Of a DNA stretch of 49,820 nt, positions 1 to 9,978 are shown in pieces. The stretch is from Thermotogota bacterium. Lineage in GTDB: Bacteria; Thermotogota; Thermotogae; Petrotogales; Kosmotogaceae. The notes under the pieces are model-generated. The model did not search any database, was not told the origin of the DNA, and was given only the letters and a program-made list of their open reading frames with translations. The translations under genes were made by a program, and so were the position numbers. How positions within the stretch are numbered: the stretch's first letter is position 1; each line of letters opens with the position of its first letter. The stretch is taken from NCBI GenBank assembly GCA_034660555.1, contig JAYEJL010000085.1:1-49820 (forward strand), in the 5' to 3' direction.

Positions 1-498
1 GTTTCCATATCTTCTTACGTAATGTTGCAGCACCGTTTTCTTCTTTACTGGATGCAATCTCAACCGGAACTACAACATCGGTTTCGACTTCATAAACGGT
101 GTTGCCTATTTTCTCCAGTATGGATTCTCTCCAGTGCCTTTGTAACTTTGTATAACCTTTATCAAATACAACAAAGGAAGCATTTTTGCAAGTTTTTGGA
201 CTCCTTTGGGAAGAAAAATAACACTGCACAAAAACATGGCACCCAGCTGTCTTATACTGTTAGATGTTTCCTGTAAACCTTCGAGCATAAATCTGAAACT
301 TCTTATATTTATGTTTGGGTAATCTTTATAAATACCGAAGAACACAACAAGCGGTTTTCTTTGATTGTTGGCTAAATCAATGGCAAAATTTGGGGCATCG
401 TTTTCTTCAGATCTTTGAGAAGCCTGCATTCAGTAAAGAACATATTTGCCATTTTCATTACCAGTTTTTAGCTTAACGGTTCTCTTTTCAACACTCAT
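1..498 (-). pseudogene. Class II CPD DNA photolyase, pseudogene (5' part; continues off the left edge)
   Basis: ATG at 498 reads MSVEKRTVKLKTGNENGKYVLY*MQASQR, with TGA at 432-430 where the family has YVLYWMQ. After GVQKLAK the homology shifts frame at the A5 run (plus strand T 183-187) and continues ASFVVFDKGYTKLQRHWRESILEKIGNTVYEVETDVVVPVEIASSKEENGAATLRKKIWK, typical of class II photolyase N-termini. Confidence 0.85.
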
Positions 499-625
499 AA
501 ATTTTGTTGTACTACAAAAATAGCATAAAACGCTCAAAATGAGATATATAATTATGGAAGAGTAGCTTCCAGAAAATAGCATGTGGGTTGATTTTTTGCT
601 AGCCAGATCGGGATTACAACGTGAC

Positions 626-1750
626 TTATCTTCCAGTCCACTCAAAGGACAGTTTGAAGAAATCCGCAACTTCCTTAACCGAAGAAAATTCAGATTCATC
701 CAGTTGATCGAGCATGTTGTTTAGGGCTATTCTAAAAGACATCTGGTTATTTCCAGATTTAATTTCCATCAGGCATTCGACTATTGCAGCTGTCAAATCA
801 GCTGCGCGAACCAGTTTTCCATTTATTCCTTCGAATGGCTTAAGAATTTTATTCTTGAACTCTGAAATTAATTTTTCTGGCATATCGTTTAACAATTTAT
901 TTGTAACCATAACTTCTTCAACTCTTTCAACCAGTTCTTCGAACCCCGTCACCTTTTGTTTTGTTGGGGTGATGATGTCGCCAGTCAAACTTTCTGGAAT
1001 ATCATGTAGCAGTGAGCGTTTTATTACCTCCACTTCATCCAGCTGGTTTGATTCCTCTACGTATGAAAGTAAAAAGCCAATGAGAGCAACATAAAAAGAG
1101 TGTCCTGCGACGGTAGTTTTGACGTTTCGGTTAAGTCTGTTCCATCTTACAGCCCTAAGCAAAACGATTATGGATTCTTTGTATGTATCAAACCATCTGC
1201 TATTAATTAGATTCTTATATGGTTTAAAATCGTTGTATTGCGAAAGCCTGTCGTCAAGGCTTTTTATGATTTCACCATAGTACTCAGGAAAAATTCTGTT
1301 ATGTAAACCTGCCTCGAGCCTTGCTGAAAGAAGGTCAGAAGCAGAGATTATCTTCCCTTCTAAAGAATCATCCTTCGCTCTGTGTATAATAGAAGAGAAC
1401 TGGAGCTTTTTAGTTTCAGGTAGATATTCAACAACCTCGCTGACAGCTGAGTTGTAAACAGCGTTCCATTTTTCAGGATCCAGATCCCTGATCAGTAATT
1501 TTGTATCTACAGATATATCAGACAGAACGCATTTTGGAAGTTCTTTGAGAACAATTCTTTCAAGTAGCTCTTTTTCATTTATACTCATACTTGATTCACG
1601 GGCGAGGTTCGACATCAACAGAGCAAACTGAGCTGAAGCAAAGGCGTTTTCTGCCTCATTTGTTCGTAACATTGTTGGTGTATTGTTCCAGCGGAACATT
1701 GTAAATAAATTGGTGGCAAGTTCCATTAATTTCATTACTCCCTGTTCCAT
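626..1750 (-). CDS. Tandem HD-domain protein (YfbR/5'-deoxynucleotidase-like); N-terminal repeat degenerate
   Basis: C-half has RW..VAGHSF..LLHDIPESLTGDIITPTK..AAD. N-half repeats the pattern (RW..EAENAF..LKELPKCVLSDISVDTK..ASD). SD GGGAGG at 1763-1758. Confidence 0.8.
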   Translation of the reverse strand: MEQGVMKLMELATNLFTMFRWNNTPTMLRTNEAENAFASAQFALLMSNLARESSMSINEKELLERIVLKELPKCVLSDISVDTKLLIRDLDPEKWNAVYNSAVSEVVEYLPETKKLQFSSIIHRAKDDSLEGKIISASDLLSARLEAGLHNRIFPEYYGEIIKSLDDRLSQYNDFKPYKNLINSRWFDTYKESIIVLLRAVRWNRLNRNVKTTVAGHSFYVALIGFLLSYVEESNQLDEVEVIKRSLLHDIPESLTGDIITPTKQKVTGFEELVERVEEVMVTNKLLNDMPEKLISEFKNKILKPFEGINGKLVRAADLTAAIVECLMEIKSGNNQMSFRIALNNMLDQLDESEFSSVKEVADFFKLSFEWTGR

Positions 1751-1778
1751 AAGAATTCCTCCCAGATTTTCTATGGAG

Positions 1779-1812
1779 TTGAACAGAATCCGTTGATTAT
1801 TGTATTATAACA
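1779..1812. promoter_or_regulatory. Candidate bidirectional sigma70 promoter (HD gene / CBS-uppP operon)
   Basis: Plus strand: TTGAAC(1779-84)-N18-TATTAT(1803-08). Minus strand: extended -10 TGtTATAAT (1812-1804). Confidence 0.45.
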
Positions 1813-1839
1813 AAAGAGACTTAAAAAGAGGGTGAACAG

Positions 1840-2451
1840 ATGATTGTAAAAAAATGGATCAATAAAGCTTATCCGATTTTTAAAACAGAACAAAAAATAG
1901 CTGATGTATTTAAGGAGAAAGAAGAATTCAGTTTGAGTACTGTGGTTGTAAAGGATGAAGATGGATATCTTGCTGGTATTATAAAGAGAAAGGATTTGAG
2001 GAATTTCGATCTTGAGCAAAAGCTTGGAGATGTGGCTTCTGATGTTACATTATATTGTTTTGATAATGATCTGGTTGAGGATGCTGTTTTGTTGTTAATT
2101 GAAAGCCACGATTTTGTTGTTCCCGTAGTTAATGAAAACCTTAAGTTAAAAGGTGTTATAACTGTTTTTGAAGTACTTGAAGCATTGATGGAGATTACAT
2201 CGATGGCAGTTGAAAGTGTCAGAATTACATTCAAATTGCTGGACAAGCCAGGTTATTTAAAAAAAATAGTTGACGTTCTTGCAGATGAAGAAATAAATAT
2301 ACTTTCAATAATTACAACGCCTGATGAAGAAGGGATGAAGACGGTAATAATCAGAACAGAAAAAATGAATTCCGAATACATAGCCGAGATACTGGAAGAA
2401 AATGATATTGTCTTTGATTCTGTGTCGGAAGAGGAGGGCTTTAGTGTCTGA
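1840..2451 (+). CDS. CBS-pair plus ACT domain protein (AcuB-like)
   Basis: Two CBS repeats ([28 protein letters not shown]) then an ACT motif [23 protein letters not shown]. Confidence 0.8.
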   Translation: MIVKKWINKAYPIFKTEQKIADVFKEKEEFSLSTVVVKDEDGYLAGIIKRKDLRNFDLEQKLGDVASDVTLYCFDNDLVEDAVLLLIESHDFVVPVVNENLKLKGVITVFEVLEALMEITSMAVESVRITFKLLDKPGYLKKIVDVLADEEINILSIITTPDEEGMKTVIIRTEKMNSEYIAEILEENDIVFDSVSEEEGFSV

Positions 2452-3232
2452 TTCACTATTGATTACTTTTCTTGGAGTAGTGCAGGGCTTAACAGAATTT
2501 CTTCCTGTGTCTTCATCGGGTCACTTAACAATTTTTTCAAATCTTTTCGAAATAGAGCTTGATGCCCAAAATCTAAAAGCTTTTTTTGCCTTTCTTCATT
2601 TAGGTACCTTTTTCGCAGTACTTTTATTTACATATAAAGATGTATGGAAGATTTTACGTGGTTTTTTCAATAAAGAAGAAAGGTCCGGTTCTTTAAAGCT
2701 ATTCTGGTTATTACTTATAGCGACAGTTCCAGCTGTAGTGGTAGCCTTATTGTTGGAAGATCAAATTGATACTGCTTTTTCAAGTTACCTTATCCCTTCA
2801 TTAATGCTGTTCATCACTGCTTTCTTCCTTTTTATAAGCGATAAACTGAGAGGTAAGCTGAAAATGATAGATCTGGCATTTAAAGGAGCTCTGTTAATAG
2901 GTTTATTTCAGGCCTTTTCTATTTTACCGGGTATTTCAAGAAGTGGAGCTACGTTGTTTGCTGCTTTGTTAATAGGACTAAAAAGAGAAGATGCAATCAG
3001 ATTTTCATTTCTTCTAAGTTTGCCCATAACCCTTGGTGCAAGCTTAACTCAATTTAAAAATGTCAACATAGATTATATTTTACTTGTTTATGGATTTACT
3101 GCATCTTTTCTGGCGGGTTTACTTGGATTGTGGTTGTTGAAGAAATTGGTTATAAAAGGCAAATTAAAGGTTTTTGGAATTTACTGTATAATATTTGGTG
3201 TAGCAAGTATTGTGTACTTTGGAGTGGTTTAA
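2444..3232 (+). CDS. uppP: Undecaprenyl-diphosphatase
   Basis: [17 protein letters not shown] and PGISRSGAT motifs; polytopic membrane protein. Start moved to GTG 2444 behind SD GAGGAGG. Confidence 0.95.
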   Translation: MSDSLLITFLGVVQGLTEFLPVSSSGHLTIFSNLFEIELDAQNLKAFFAFLHLGTFFAVLLFTYKDVWKILRGFFNKEERSGSLKLFWLLLIATVPAVVVALLLEDQIDTAFSSYLIPSLMLFITAFFLFISDKLRGKLKMIDLAFKGALLIGLFQAFSILPGISRSGATLFAALLIGLKREDAIRFSFLLSLPITLGASLTQFKNVNIDYILLVYGFTASFLAGLLGLWLLKKLVIKGKLKVFGIYCIIFGVASIVYFGVV

Positions 3233-3853
3233 TTGAGATTTGACATCTTGCTTCCCGGCAGTACTATTTATATACCAGGTTTGGTAGATGCGCCTTCCAG
3301 TACTATGTCTATGATAAGAGATGGCAACAGAACCGTTTTGATTGATCCCGGAAACATCACTTCTGTTTCTTTTCTGGAACAAGCGATGGAGGAAAAAGGT
3401 ATTAAACCGGACGAAGTAACTGATATTCTCTTAACACATTTCCATATAGATCACGCCTTCAATACAACTTTCTTTAAAAATGCGACTGTTCATCTTCACG
3501 AATCATATTCGACGAGGGATTATAGAAAATTTGGGCCTATTGTAGGACAGCTTTATGTCAACGTTTTGAACAGCTGGAAGAAGGTAAACATTTTAAATCA
3601 AGGTTTACTCTGGGATGTGGTTGAAATAATCGAAACCCCTTTTCATTCACGTGATCATGTTTCCTTTTTTATAACCACAGAGAATGAAGGAAATGTTTTT
3701 CTAACAGGAGATATATGTACCAGGCAGATAGATTACTATGAAATGAAAAAAGGTATGAGAAAAGACAAAGCAGCGGAAATAGTTTTAAATTATGCAGAAA
3801 AAGCTGATTTGATCGTTTTTTCACACGACAAATCCCTTTCAGGAGGTGATTGA
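3233..3853 (+). CDS. Metallo-beta-lactamase-fold hydrolase
   Basis: LIDPG, THFHIDH (HxHxDH), later H, GD and terminal H ligands; TTG start. Confidence 0.85.
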   Translation: MRFDILLPGSTIYIPGLVDAPSSTMSMIRDGNRTVLIDPGNITSVSFLEQAMEEKGIKPDEVTDILLTHFHIDHAFNTTFFKNATVHLHESYSTRDYRKFGPIVGQLYVNVLNSWKKVNILNQGLLWDVVEIIETPFHSRDHVSFFITTENEGNVFLTGDICTRQIDYYEMKKGMRKDKAAEIVLNYAEKADLIVFSHDKSLSGGD

Positions 3854-5281
3854 ATGAAAATCGTTCTGGCATCATATGAGTTTTTTCCACTTGCCAAGGT
3901 TGGTGGTCTTGCAGATGTTGCAGGAGCTTTACCAAAATACCTTGCCAAAAATGATGTTGACGTTGAAGTTGTAATGCCTTTTCATAAAATCATTAAGAAT
4001 AAAATTGTTAATTCTGTCTTTATTAAAAAGATTCAGACCAGATTTCTGGAAGAGGATTTCACTTTTTCCATTTACAGAACAAACCTGCCAGAAACAGATA
4101 TCCCTGTATTTCTTTTTCAAAATGACAAACTAATCGATTCAGAAGATATATACGGTGGATCCGATCTTGCAAAGCAGGCGCTTGCTTTCTGTGATGTGGC
4201 ATCTAGCTTTGTTGTGGAAAGAAATGTTCATATAGCACATGTTAATGATTGGCAAACTGCTGTTATTCCAGCTTATATTACTGAAATGAATAATGATATA
4301 AAAACACTTCTAACCATACACAATCTTGGTTATCAGGGGAATTTTTCTAAGGAATATTTTACACTTTCCGGATTGCCAGAGAGACTGTGGGACGAGAGTA
4401 TTAGTAAAAATGGAAGTAACTTCAACATTCTCAAAACGGGAATACTAACATCAGATTATGTTAGCACGGTGAGCGCACAATATGCCCGGGAAATCCAAAC
4501 GAAGGAGTTTGGAATGGGCCTTCATGAAACACTGGAAACAGTTTCAGATAGATTGGTTGGAATAATGAACGGTATAGATTATGAAGAATACGATCCGAAA
4601 ACAGATATGAGAATTCCGTTCAATTTTGATATTTCTAATACTACCGGAAAAAGTAAATGTAAAAATATGTTGTTAAAGTCCCTTGAATTGCCAGACGAAG
4701 GAAAACCTTTGATAGGTATGATAACAAGATTATATGACCAAAAAGGGCTTGATCTGTTATCAGAGATCGCTGACGAATTGATGAATCTGGATGCTCAACT
4801 GGTTATTCTGGGTACTGGCGATAAAAAATATGAGGACTTATTCAAAAAAATAGCCAAAAAAGCACCTGATAAAATATCTGCAAAGATCATGTTTGATGTT
4901 AATTTAGCTCAGTTAATTTATGCTGGAGCCGATATGTTCCTCATGCCTTCAAAGTATGAGCCCTGCGGGCTCGGACAGATGTTCGCAATGAGATATGGGA
5001 CCGTTCCTGTTGTACGTTATACTGGTGGGTTGAAAGATAGTGTCACAGAATTTGATCCAGCCAGAGGAACAGGTAACGGTTTTGGCTTTGAGAGTTATAC
5101 AGCTGATGATTTATTGGAAACATTGAATAAAGCACTGGATTGTTATAATGATGATAAGTTATGGAGAAAGATTGTGAAGAATGCAATGGAAACCGATTTC
5201 TCCTGGGAAAGGTCAGCAAAAGAATATGAAGAACTATACAGAAGAATAATTAAATTTGGGAGGAATACAGATAATGCCTGA
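3854..5281 (+). CDS. glgA: Glycogen synthase (GT5)
   Basis: KVGGLADV, HVNDWQT, TIHNLGYQG, PSKYEPCGLGQM motifs. Confidence 0.96.
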   Translation: MKIVLASYEFFPLAKVGGLADVAGALPKYLAKNDVDVEVVMPFHKIIKNKIVNSVFIKKIQTRFLEEDFTFSIYRTNLPETDIPVFLFQNDKLIDSEDIYGGSDLAKQALAFCDVASSFVVERNVHIAHVNDWQTAVIPAYITEMNNDIKTLLTIHNLGYQGNFSKEYFTLSGLPERLWDESISKNGSNFNILKTGILTSDYVSTVSAQYAREIQTKEFGMGLHETLETVSDRLVGIMNGIDYEEYDPKTDMRIPFNFDISNTTGKSKCKNMLLKSLELPDEGKPLIGMITRLYDQKGLDLLSEIADELMNLDAQLVILGTGDKKYEDLFKKIAKKAPDKISAKIMFDVNLAQLIYAGADMFLMPSKYEPCGLGQMFAMRYGTVPVVRYTGGLKDSVTEFDPARGTGNGFGFESYTADDLLETLNKALDCYNDDKLWRKIVKNAMETDFSWERSAKEYEELYRRIIKFGRNTDNA

Positions 5282-6275
5282 ATTGCGCAAAGATCAAATA
5301 TTAAAACGATGGGTGATAATTGCGACTGAACGCTCAAAGAGACCCAAGGATTTTACAACTGCATCCGAAGAGAAAGCTAACAACTTCTGTCCCTTTGACA
5401 CAGGAAATGAACATACCACACCACCTGAAATAATGGCTTTTAGACCTGCGAATACAAATAAAGATGAACCTGGATGGTGGATCAGAGTTGTTCCGAATAA
5501 ATTCCCTGCTCTGGATCCAGAGGAAACACCTGAAAAGTTTGGACACGGTATGTATGACGTTATTAGAGGTTTTGGCACTCATGAGGTGATTATTGAAACC
5601 CCTGAACACGATACCAATATGGCTCTTATGCCCGAGAAACAAATACAGGAAATAATATGGGCATATAGAGAACGATTTACCAGCCTGGAAAAAGATGAAA
5701 GAATTAGCTATGTGCTAATATTTAAGAATCACGGCAAGGAGGCAGGGGCATCATTACAACATTCTCATAGTCAGCTAATAGCCACTCCAATTGTTCCTAA
5801 GCGCGTTATGGAAGAAATTGATGGAAGCAGGGATTACTATAAGTTCAAAGATAGATGTGTTTTTTGTGATACAGTAAATCAAGAAATACTTGAAGGAAAT
5901 CGTGTGATTGAAGAAAATTCTGAATTCCTTGCTTTTGAACCTTTTGCTTCAAGGTTTCCCTTTGAAACGTGGATACTTCCAAAAAAACATCAGTTCAATT
6001 TTGGCAAAATTAATTCAAAAGGAGTAGAAAACTTTTCTAAGATCCTGAAAAAAGTTTTGTTTAGAATTTATAGCGCACTGGATAACCCACCTTACAATTT
6101 CATGTTACATACGGGTATGGAAAGACTTGAAGGAAAGGACTATTACCACTGGCATTTAGAAATTGTACCTCGATTAACCCATGTGGCTGGTTTTGAATGG
6201 GGATCAGGTTTTTACATAAACCCCGTTCCGCCAGAACATGCAGCTAATTATCTTAAAGAAGTTGAACTTGAATAG
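5274..6275 (+). CDS. galT: GalT-family hexose-1-phosphate nucleotidylyltransferase
   Basis: MPELRKD start (ATG 5274), ERSKRP, CPFD, NKFPAL, GASLQHSHSQ catalytic HxH, AGFEWGSG. Confidence 0.9.
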   Translation: MPELRKDQILKRWVIIATERSKRPKDFTTASEEKANNFCPFDTGNEHTTPPEIMAFRPANTNKDEPGWWIRVVPNKFPALDPEETPEKFGHGMYDVIRGFGTHEVIIETPEHDTNMALMPEKQIQEIIWAYRERFTSLEKDERISYVLIFKNHGKEAGASLQHSHSQLIATPIVPKRVMEEIDGSRDYYKFKDRCVFCDTVNQEILEGNRVIEENSEFLAFEPFASRFPFETWILPKKHQFNFGKINSKGVENFSKILKKVLFRIYSALDNPPYNFMLHTGMERLEGKDYYHWHLEIVPRLTHVAGFEWGSGFYINPVPPEHAANYLKEVELE

Positions 6276-6286
6276 AGGTGAATAAA

Positions 6287-6586
6287 GTGAGTGAGAAAGG
6301 TGTTAATATTGATGAAAAATTGTTGAAGCGTCTTCAGGAATTATCTCATTTAAAACTTGAAAAGGATGAACAAGAAACCCTAAAAAATGATATCAACAAA
6401 ATTCTTCATTATATAGAGAAGCTAAAAGAAGTTGATATAAAAGATGTAGATAAACAGATAACGACTGTTGAAAATAAACTGGAACTGAGGGAAGATGAAC
6501 CTGTCCATTTTGATAACAGAGATAGAATCATTGATCTCTTTCCAGTTTCGGAGAATCACTATCTAAAAGTTCCAAAGATTTACTGA
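6287..6586 (+). CDS. gatC: Asp/Glu-tRNA amidotransferase subunit C
   Basis: LSHL..ILHYIEKLKEVD..LREDEP..LKVPKI pattern; GTG 6287 after SD GAGGTG. Confidence 0.88.
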   Translation: MSEKGVNIDEKLLKRLQELSHLKLEKDEQETLKNDINKILHYIEKLKEVDIKDVDKQITTVENKLELREDEPVHFDNRDRIIDLFPVSENHYLKVPKIY

Positions 6587-6587
6587 A

Positions 6588-6926
6588 ATGTCAAGAAATG
6601 CCGGCAGGGAATACGAAGGAATTGCCTGTCTTTACTTAAAAGCAAAAGGCTTCGATATCCTTGAAAGGAATGTGAATTACGGTTTTGCTGAAATAGATAT
6701 TATTGCAAAATTTAAAAAAACATTGGTGTTTGTAGAAGTTAAAGGTGGTAACCCTGATTTTCCACCTCGTTTACGCATAAATAGAAAAAAGTTAAAGAAA
6801 ATTGAAATGGCAGCTAACAGATATATTTCCAGTAAAGAGCCAGCTTTTGATTCATGCAGAATCGATGTAATAGAGGTACTATCTAATGGAAGAATAAATC
6901 ACATTGATGGTGTGGGAGGATGGTGA
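6588..6926 (+). CDS. YraN-family (UPF0102) PD-(D/E)xK nuclease-like protein
   Basis: ILERN..AEIDIIA..VFVEVK..RIDVI motifs. Confidence 0.88.
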   Translation: MSRNAGREYEGIACLYLKAKGFDILERNVNYGFAEIDIIAKFKKTLVFVEVKGGNPDFPPRLRINRKKLKKIEMAANRYISSKEPAFDSCRIDVIEVLSNGRINHIDGVGGW

Positions 6927-8578
6927 ATTTGCACAGAAATAGCGATCAGATCATAGAAGAGTACAACAGGTGGTTGAAAAATGTGGAAGGTAAAATGCAA
7001 ACAGAGCTTGAGACCATGGATAAAGAAGAAATAAAAGATAGTTTCTACAAAGATCTAGAGTTTGGTACAGGTGGCATGAGAGGGTTAATGGGTGTTGGAA
7101 CTAACAGAATGAATAAATATGTGATATCAAAAGCCACGATAGGATTTGCGAACTGGCTAATAAAAAGTAACAATGGTCATGATTTGAGTGTTGCGATAGC
7201 TTATGACACAAGGAATAATTCAAGGGAATTTGCAAAAATAGCATCGGAAGTTTTATCTAGCAAAGGGATAAGAAGTTATGTGTTTTCTAACCCCGTACCA
7301 ACTCCACTATTGAGTTATGCAGTGAGAGATTTGAACTGCTCTGGAGGTATAGTTATCACAGCAAGTCATAATCCAAGTGGCTATAATGGTTACAAGGTCT
7401 ATACATCTGACGGGACACAGGCTGTTCCGAAAATTGCCAGCGAGATCATTGCTGAAATAAATAAAATAGATTATTTTGAAGTATATGAGAAGAAAAATGA
7501 GCTTATAAATACAGTACCTGAAGAAACGGAGAAGAAGTTCAAGAAATACATTGTTGATTTAATAAATGATCTTAGTCCTATTTCGGAAACAACAAAAGTA
7601 CTGTATTCTCCTTTGCATGGAACCGGGTGTCCATATGTACCTGACGTGTTAAAAGAGCTGGGGCATACTGTTTCTGTTGTTGAAGAACAGATGACACCTG
7701 ATGGCGATTTTCCCACTTTAGATTATCCAAATCCTGAAGACGAAGAAGCTTTTTCTCTTGCACTGAAAAAAGCTGAAGAGTTAAAACCAGACATAATTAT
7801 CACAACAGACCCTGACTGCGATCGCATGGGAATTATGTGCCCAGTTAATGAGGAATATGTGAAGCTGACAGGGAATGAAATAGGCGTGCTAATGCTCGAT
7901 TACTTAATAAAAAAAGGCTTAAAATATGAAAATTATTATGTAGTAAAGACAATTGTTACTACCGATCTGGCGAAAGAAATGGCCCAAAAAAACAATATCG
8001 AGCTGAAAGAAACACTAACAGGATTCAAATTCATTGGAGAGCTGATTGAGAAGAACGAAAAGGAAGGGAAAGCTAAATTTTTATTTGGCTTTGAAGAAAG
8101 TTTTGGATATTTATACGGAACACATGTAAGAGATAAAGATGCAGTGGTTGCTTCTTCGCTGATTGTAACAATGCTTTCGCATATCAAAGCTCAGGGCGAA
8201 AATGTACTGGATTGCTTGGAGTCTGTTTATAAAAAATACGGTTATTATGGTAACAAACTTCTTAGCTTTAATTATGAAGGGTATGAAGGTGGTAAAAAGA
8301 TTCAGAGGATTATGAAAGCCCTGCGTGAATATGTGAATGCAGCTGCTGGAAATAATAAGTTAATTAAAAAGCTTGATTATCTTGAAGGCGCTAAAGGATT
8401 GCCAAGATCTAACGTAGTGGAATTACATTATGAAAACGACATTAAATTGATTGCAAGACCTTCCGGGACTGAACCCAAGATTAAATTTTACCTGATGGTT
8501 AAAGCAAATTCAGTTGAAGAGAAAGAGCAAAAACTCAGAACAGTTGAAAAAATTGTAAAGGAGCAGATTAACAAATGA
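6920..8578 (+). CDS. pgm: Phosphoglucomutase/phosphomannomutase
   Basis: FGTGGMRG, TASHNP, DPDCDR, FEESFG, RPSGTEPKIK motifs. Confidence 0.93.
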   Translation: MVNLHRNSDQIIEEYNRWLKNVEGKMQTELETMDKEEIKDSFYKDLEFGTGGMRGLMGVGTNRMNKYVISKATIGFANWLIKSNNGHDLSVAIAYDTRNNSREFAKIASEVLSSKGIRSYVFSNPVPTPLLSYAVRDLNCSGGIVITASHNPSGYNGYKVYTSDGTQAVPKIASEIIAEINKIDYFEVYEKKNELINTVPEETEKKFKKYIVDLINDLSPISETTKVLYSPLHGTGCPYVPDVLKELGHTVSVVEEQMTPDGDFPTLDYPNPEDEEAFSLALKKAEELKPDIIITTDPDCDRMGIMCPVNEEYVKLTGNEIGVLMLDYLIKKGLKYENYYVVKTIVTTDLAKEMAQKNNIELKETLTGFKFIGELIEKNEKEGKAKFLFGFEESFGYLYGTHVRDKDAVVASSLIVTMLSHIKAQGENVLDCLESVYKKYGYYGNKLLSFNYEGYEGGKKIQRIMKALREYVNAAAGNNKLIKKLDYLEGAKGLPRSNVVELHYENDIKLIARPSGTEPKIKFYLMVKANSVEEKEQKLRTVEKIVKEQINK

Positions 8579-9180
8579 ATAATAGATACGTTCATATCTT
8601 ATACAATGATGACTATTTCATGACCCCCAAAAAAATCCATTTCAATCACAGGGTAAAGAGCGGATATCTTACTGCATGGTCAACTGTCCGTGCAAGTGAG
8701 ATGCTGGATATCAAATACTGGAACTGTCTTAGTGCTTATGCGCTGGAGTCTTCTATGAGAAGGAAAATAATCTTTCAGCGTAAGCATAGCAACCATAATT
8801 TGTTGTATTTTAAATATGAACTGGAGATTCCTGAACTGATAGAGGCTTATTATGATAAAGAGATGATAAAAGAACTTGTAAGTTCTTTGTCCTTAAGACA
8901 GGTTACTGAAGATATTGTAAAGTTTCTTGAATCCTATGAAACAGGTGAATTAAGTGCTGAAAATAGCGTGCTTGAAAACTGGCTGAGTAACACACTCAAA
9001 GGTATTCCATTAAAGGATAAAGAAAGGCTCGAGCATTTTGTGCTTAAATACGTTGAAATATTTATAACAAAAATTTTCTGGGGTATTTATAAAGGAAATC
9101 TCGAGAAGCTTAGATGGGATAGCGGTTCTATTGTATATCTTTATACAGAGATGTTTGGCACCAATCAGAAAGAGAACTGA
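8575..9180 (+). CDS. Hypothetical protein (201 aa)
   Basis: Long ORF with ATGA overlap to pgm and 8 nt gap to truA; no motif recognised. Confidence 0.75.
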   Translation: MNNRYVHILYNDDYFMTPKKIHFNHRVKSGYLTAWSTVRASEMLDIKYWNCLSAYALESSMRRKIIFQRKHSNHNLLYFKYELEIPELIEAYYDKEMIKELVSSLSLRQVTEDIVKFLESYETGELSAENSVLENWLSNTLKGIPLKDKERLEHFVLKYVEIFITKIFWGIYKGNLEKLRWDSGSIVYLYTEMFGTNQKEN

Positions 9181-9188
9181 TCTATTTT

Positions 9189-9941
9189 ATGAAAAAGTTT
9201 GCAGCAGTTGTAGCATATGATGGTTCTGATTTTCATGGCTTTCAGGTTCAACCCGATCAAAGAACTGTTCAAGGTGATATTGAAAAAGCACTGGAAATTA
9301 TTCATAAACAACCAGTTCAGTGTGAAGGCGCTGGAAGAACAGACACCGGAGTTCATGGATGGGGACAGGTAGTTTCCTTTGATAGTTATCTGGATAGGCT
9401 AGAAGCAGAAACAATGAAGAATGCTTTGAATGCGAACCTTCCCTCCGATATATATGTCAGAAGGGTGTATATAGTTGAAAACAGCTTTAATCCGAGATTT
9501 TCTGCCAGGAGAAGAATATATCATTATTTGATTGATAATAGCAATGAACCAAATATATTCCGACGTAAGTATTTCTGGTGGTTTCCTTATAAAACTGATG
9601 TTGAAAAAATGCGAAACGCAGCCGCATATTTGTTGGGAGAAAAAGATTTTACTGTTTTCAGAACGGGGAGAGATGATAGAGATCCGATAAGAACGATAAA
9701 TGCAGTAAGAATAATTAAACTGAAAAATGATGATTTGTTGATTAGAGTGGAAGGTATTTCATTTTTACGTAGAATGGTAAGGAATATTGTAGGAACACTT
9801 ATTCAGGTGGGCGTTGGAGGTATAGAGCCAGAGGATGTAAAAATACTCATCGATAGTAGAGATAGAAGTAAGTTACCTTATTCAGCTCCTCCTCATGGTT
9901 TGTACTTTTATAAGGTGATCTTTGATGAGTTTGAGAGTTGA
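9189..9941 (+). CDS. truA: tRNA pseudouridine(38-40) synthase
   Basis: [41 protein letters not shown]. Confidence 0.96.
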   Translation: MKKFAAVVAYDGSDFHGFQVQPDQRTVQGDIEKALEIIHKQPVQCEGAGRTDTGVHGWGQVVSFDSYLDRLEAETMKNALNANLPSDIYVRRVYIVENSFNPRFSARRRIYHYLIDNSNEPNIFRRKYFWWFPYKTDVEKMRNAAAYLLGEKDFTVFRTGRDDRDPIRTINAVRIIKLKNDDLLIRVEGISFLRRMVRNIVGTLIQVGVGGIEPEDVKILIDSRDRSKLPYSAPPHGLYFYKVIFDEFES

Positions 9942-9978
9942 TAGGGAATAAAGATATTACTTTAAAGGATAGATAATA

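Noticed and set aside
430..432. TGA recoded as Trp or Sec in the photolyase
   Set aside because: TGA is the normal stop of many conserved genes here (tuf, rpsJ, rpsC, rpoA), and the same gene has a second, frameshift lesion.
555..571. TGGAAG-N5-CTTCCA hairpin as HD-gene terminator
   Set aside because: Only 6 bp and no U-tract on the minus strand; too weak to call.
499..699. N-terminal 67 codons of ORF 430..699(-) and ORF 22..276(+)
   Set aside because: Only the last 22 codons of the first ORF are photolyase; the rest overlaps the HD gene end and spacer. The + strand ORF is antisense shadow.
6287..6586. gatC without gatA/gatB as an anomaly
   Set aside because: Split gat genes occur in other bacteria; gatA and gatB may lie outside the window.
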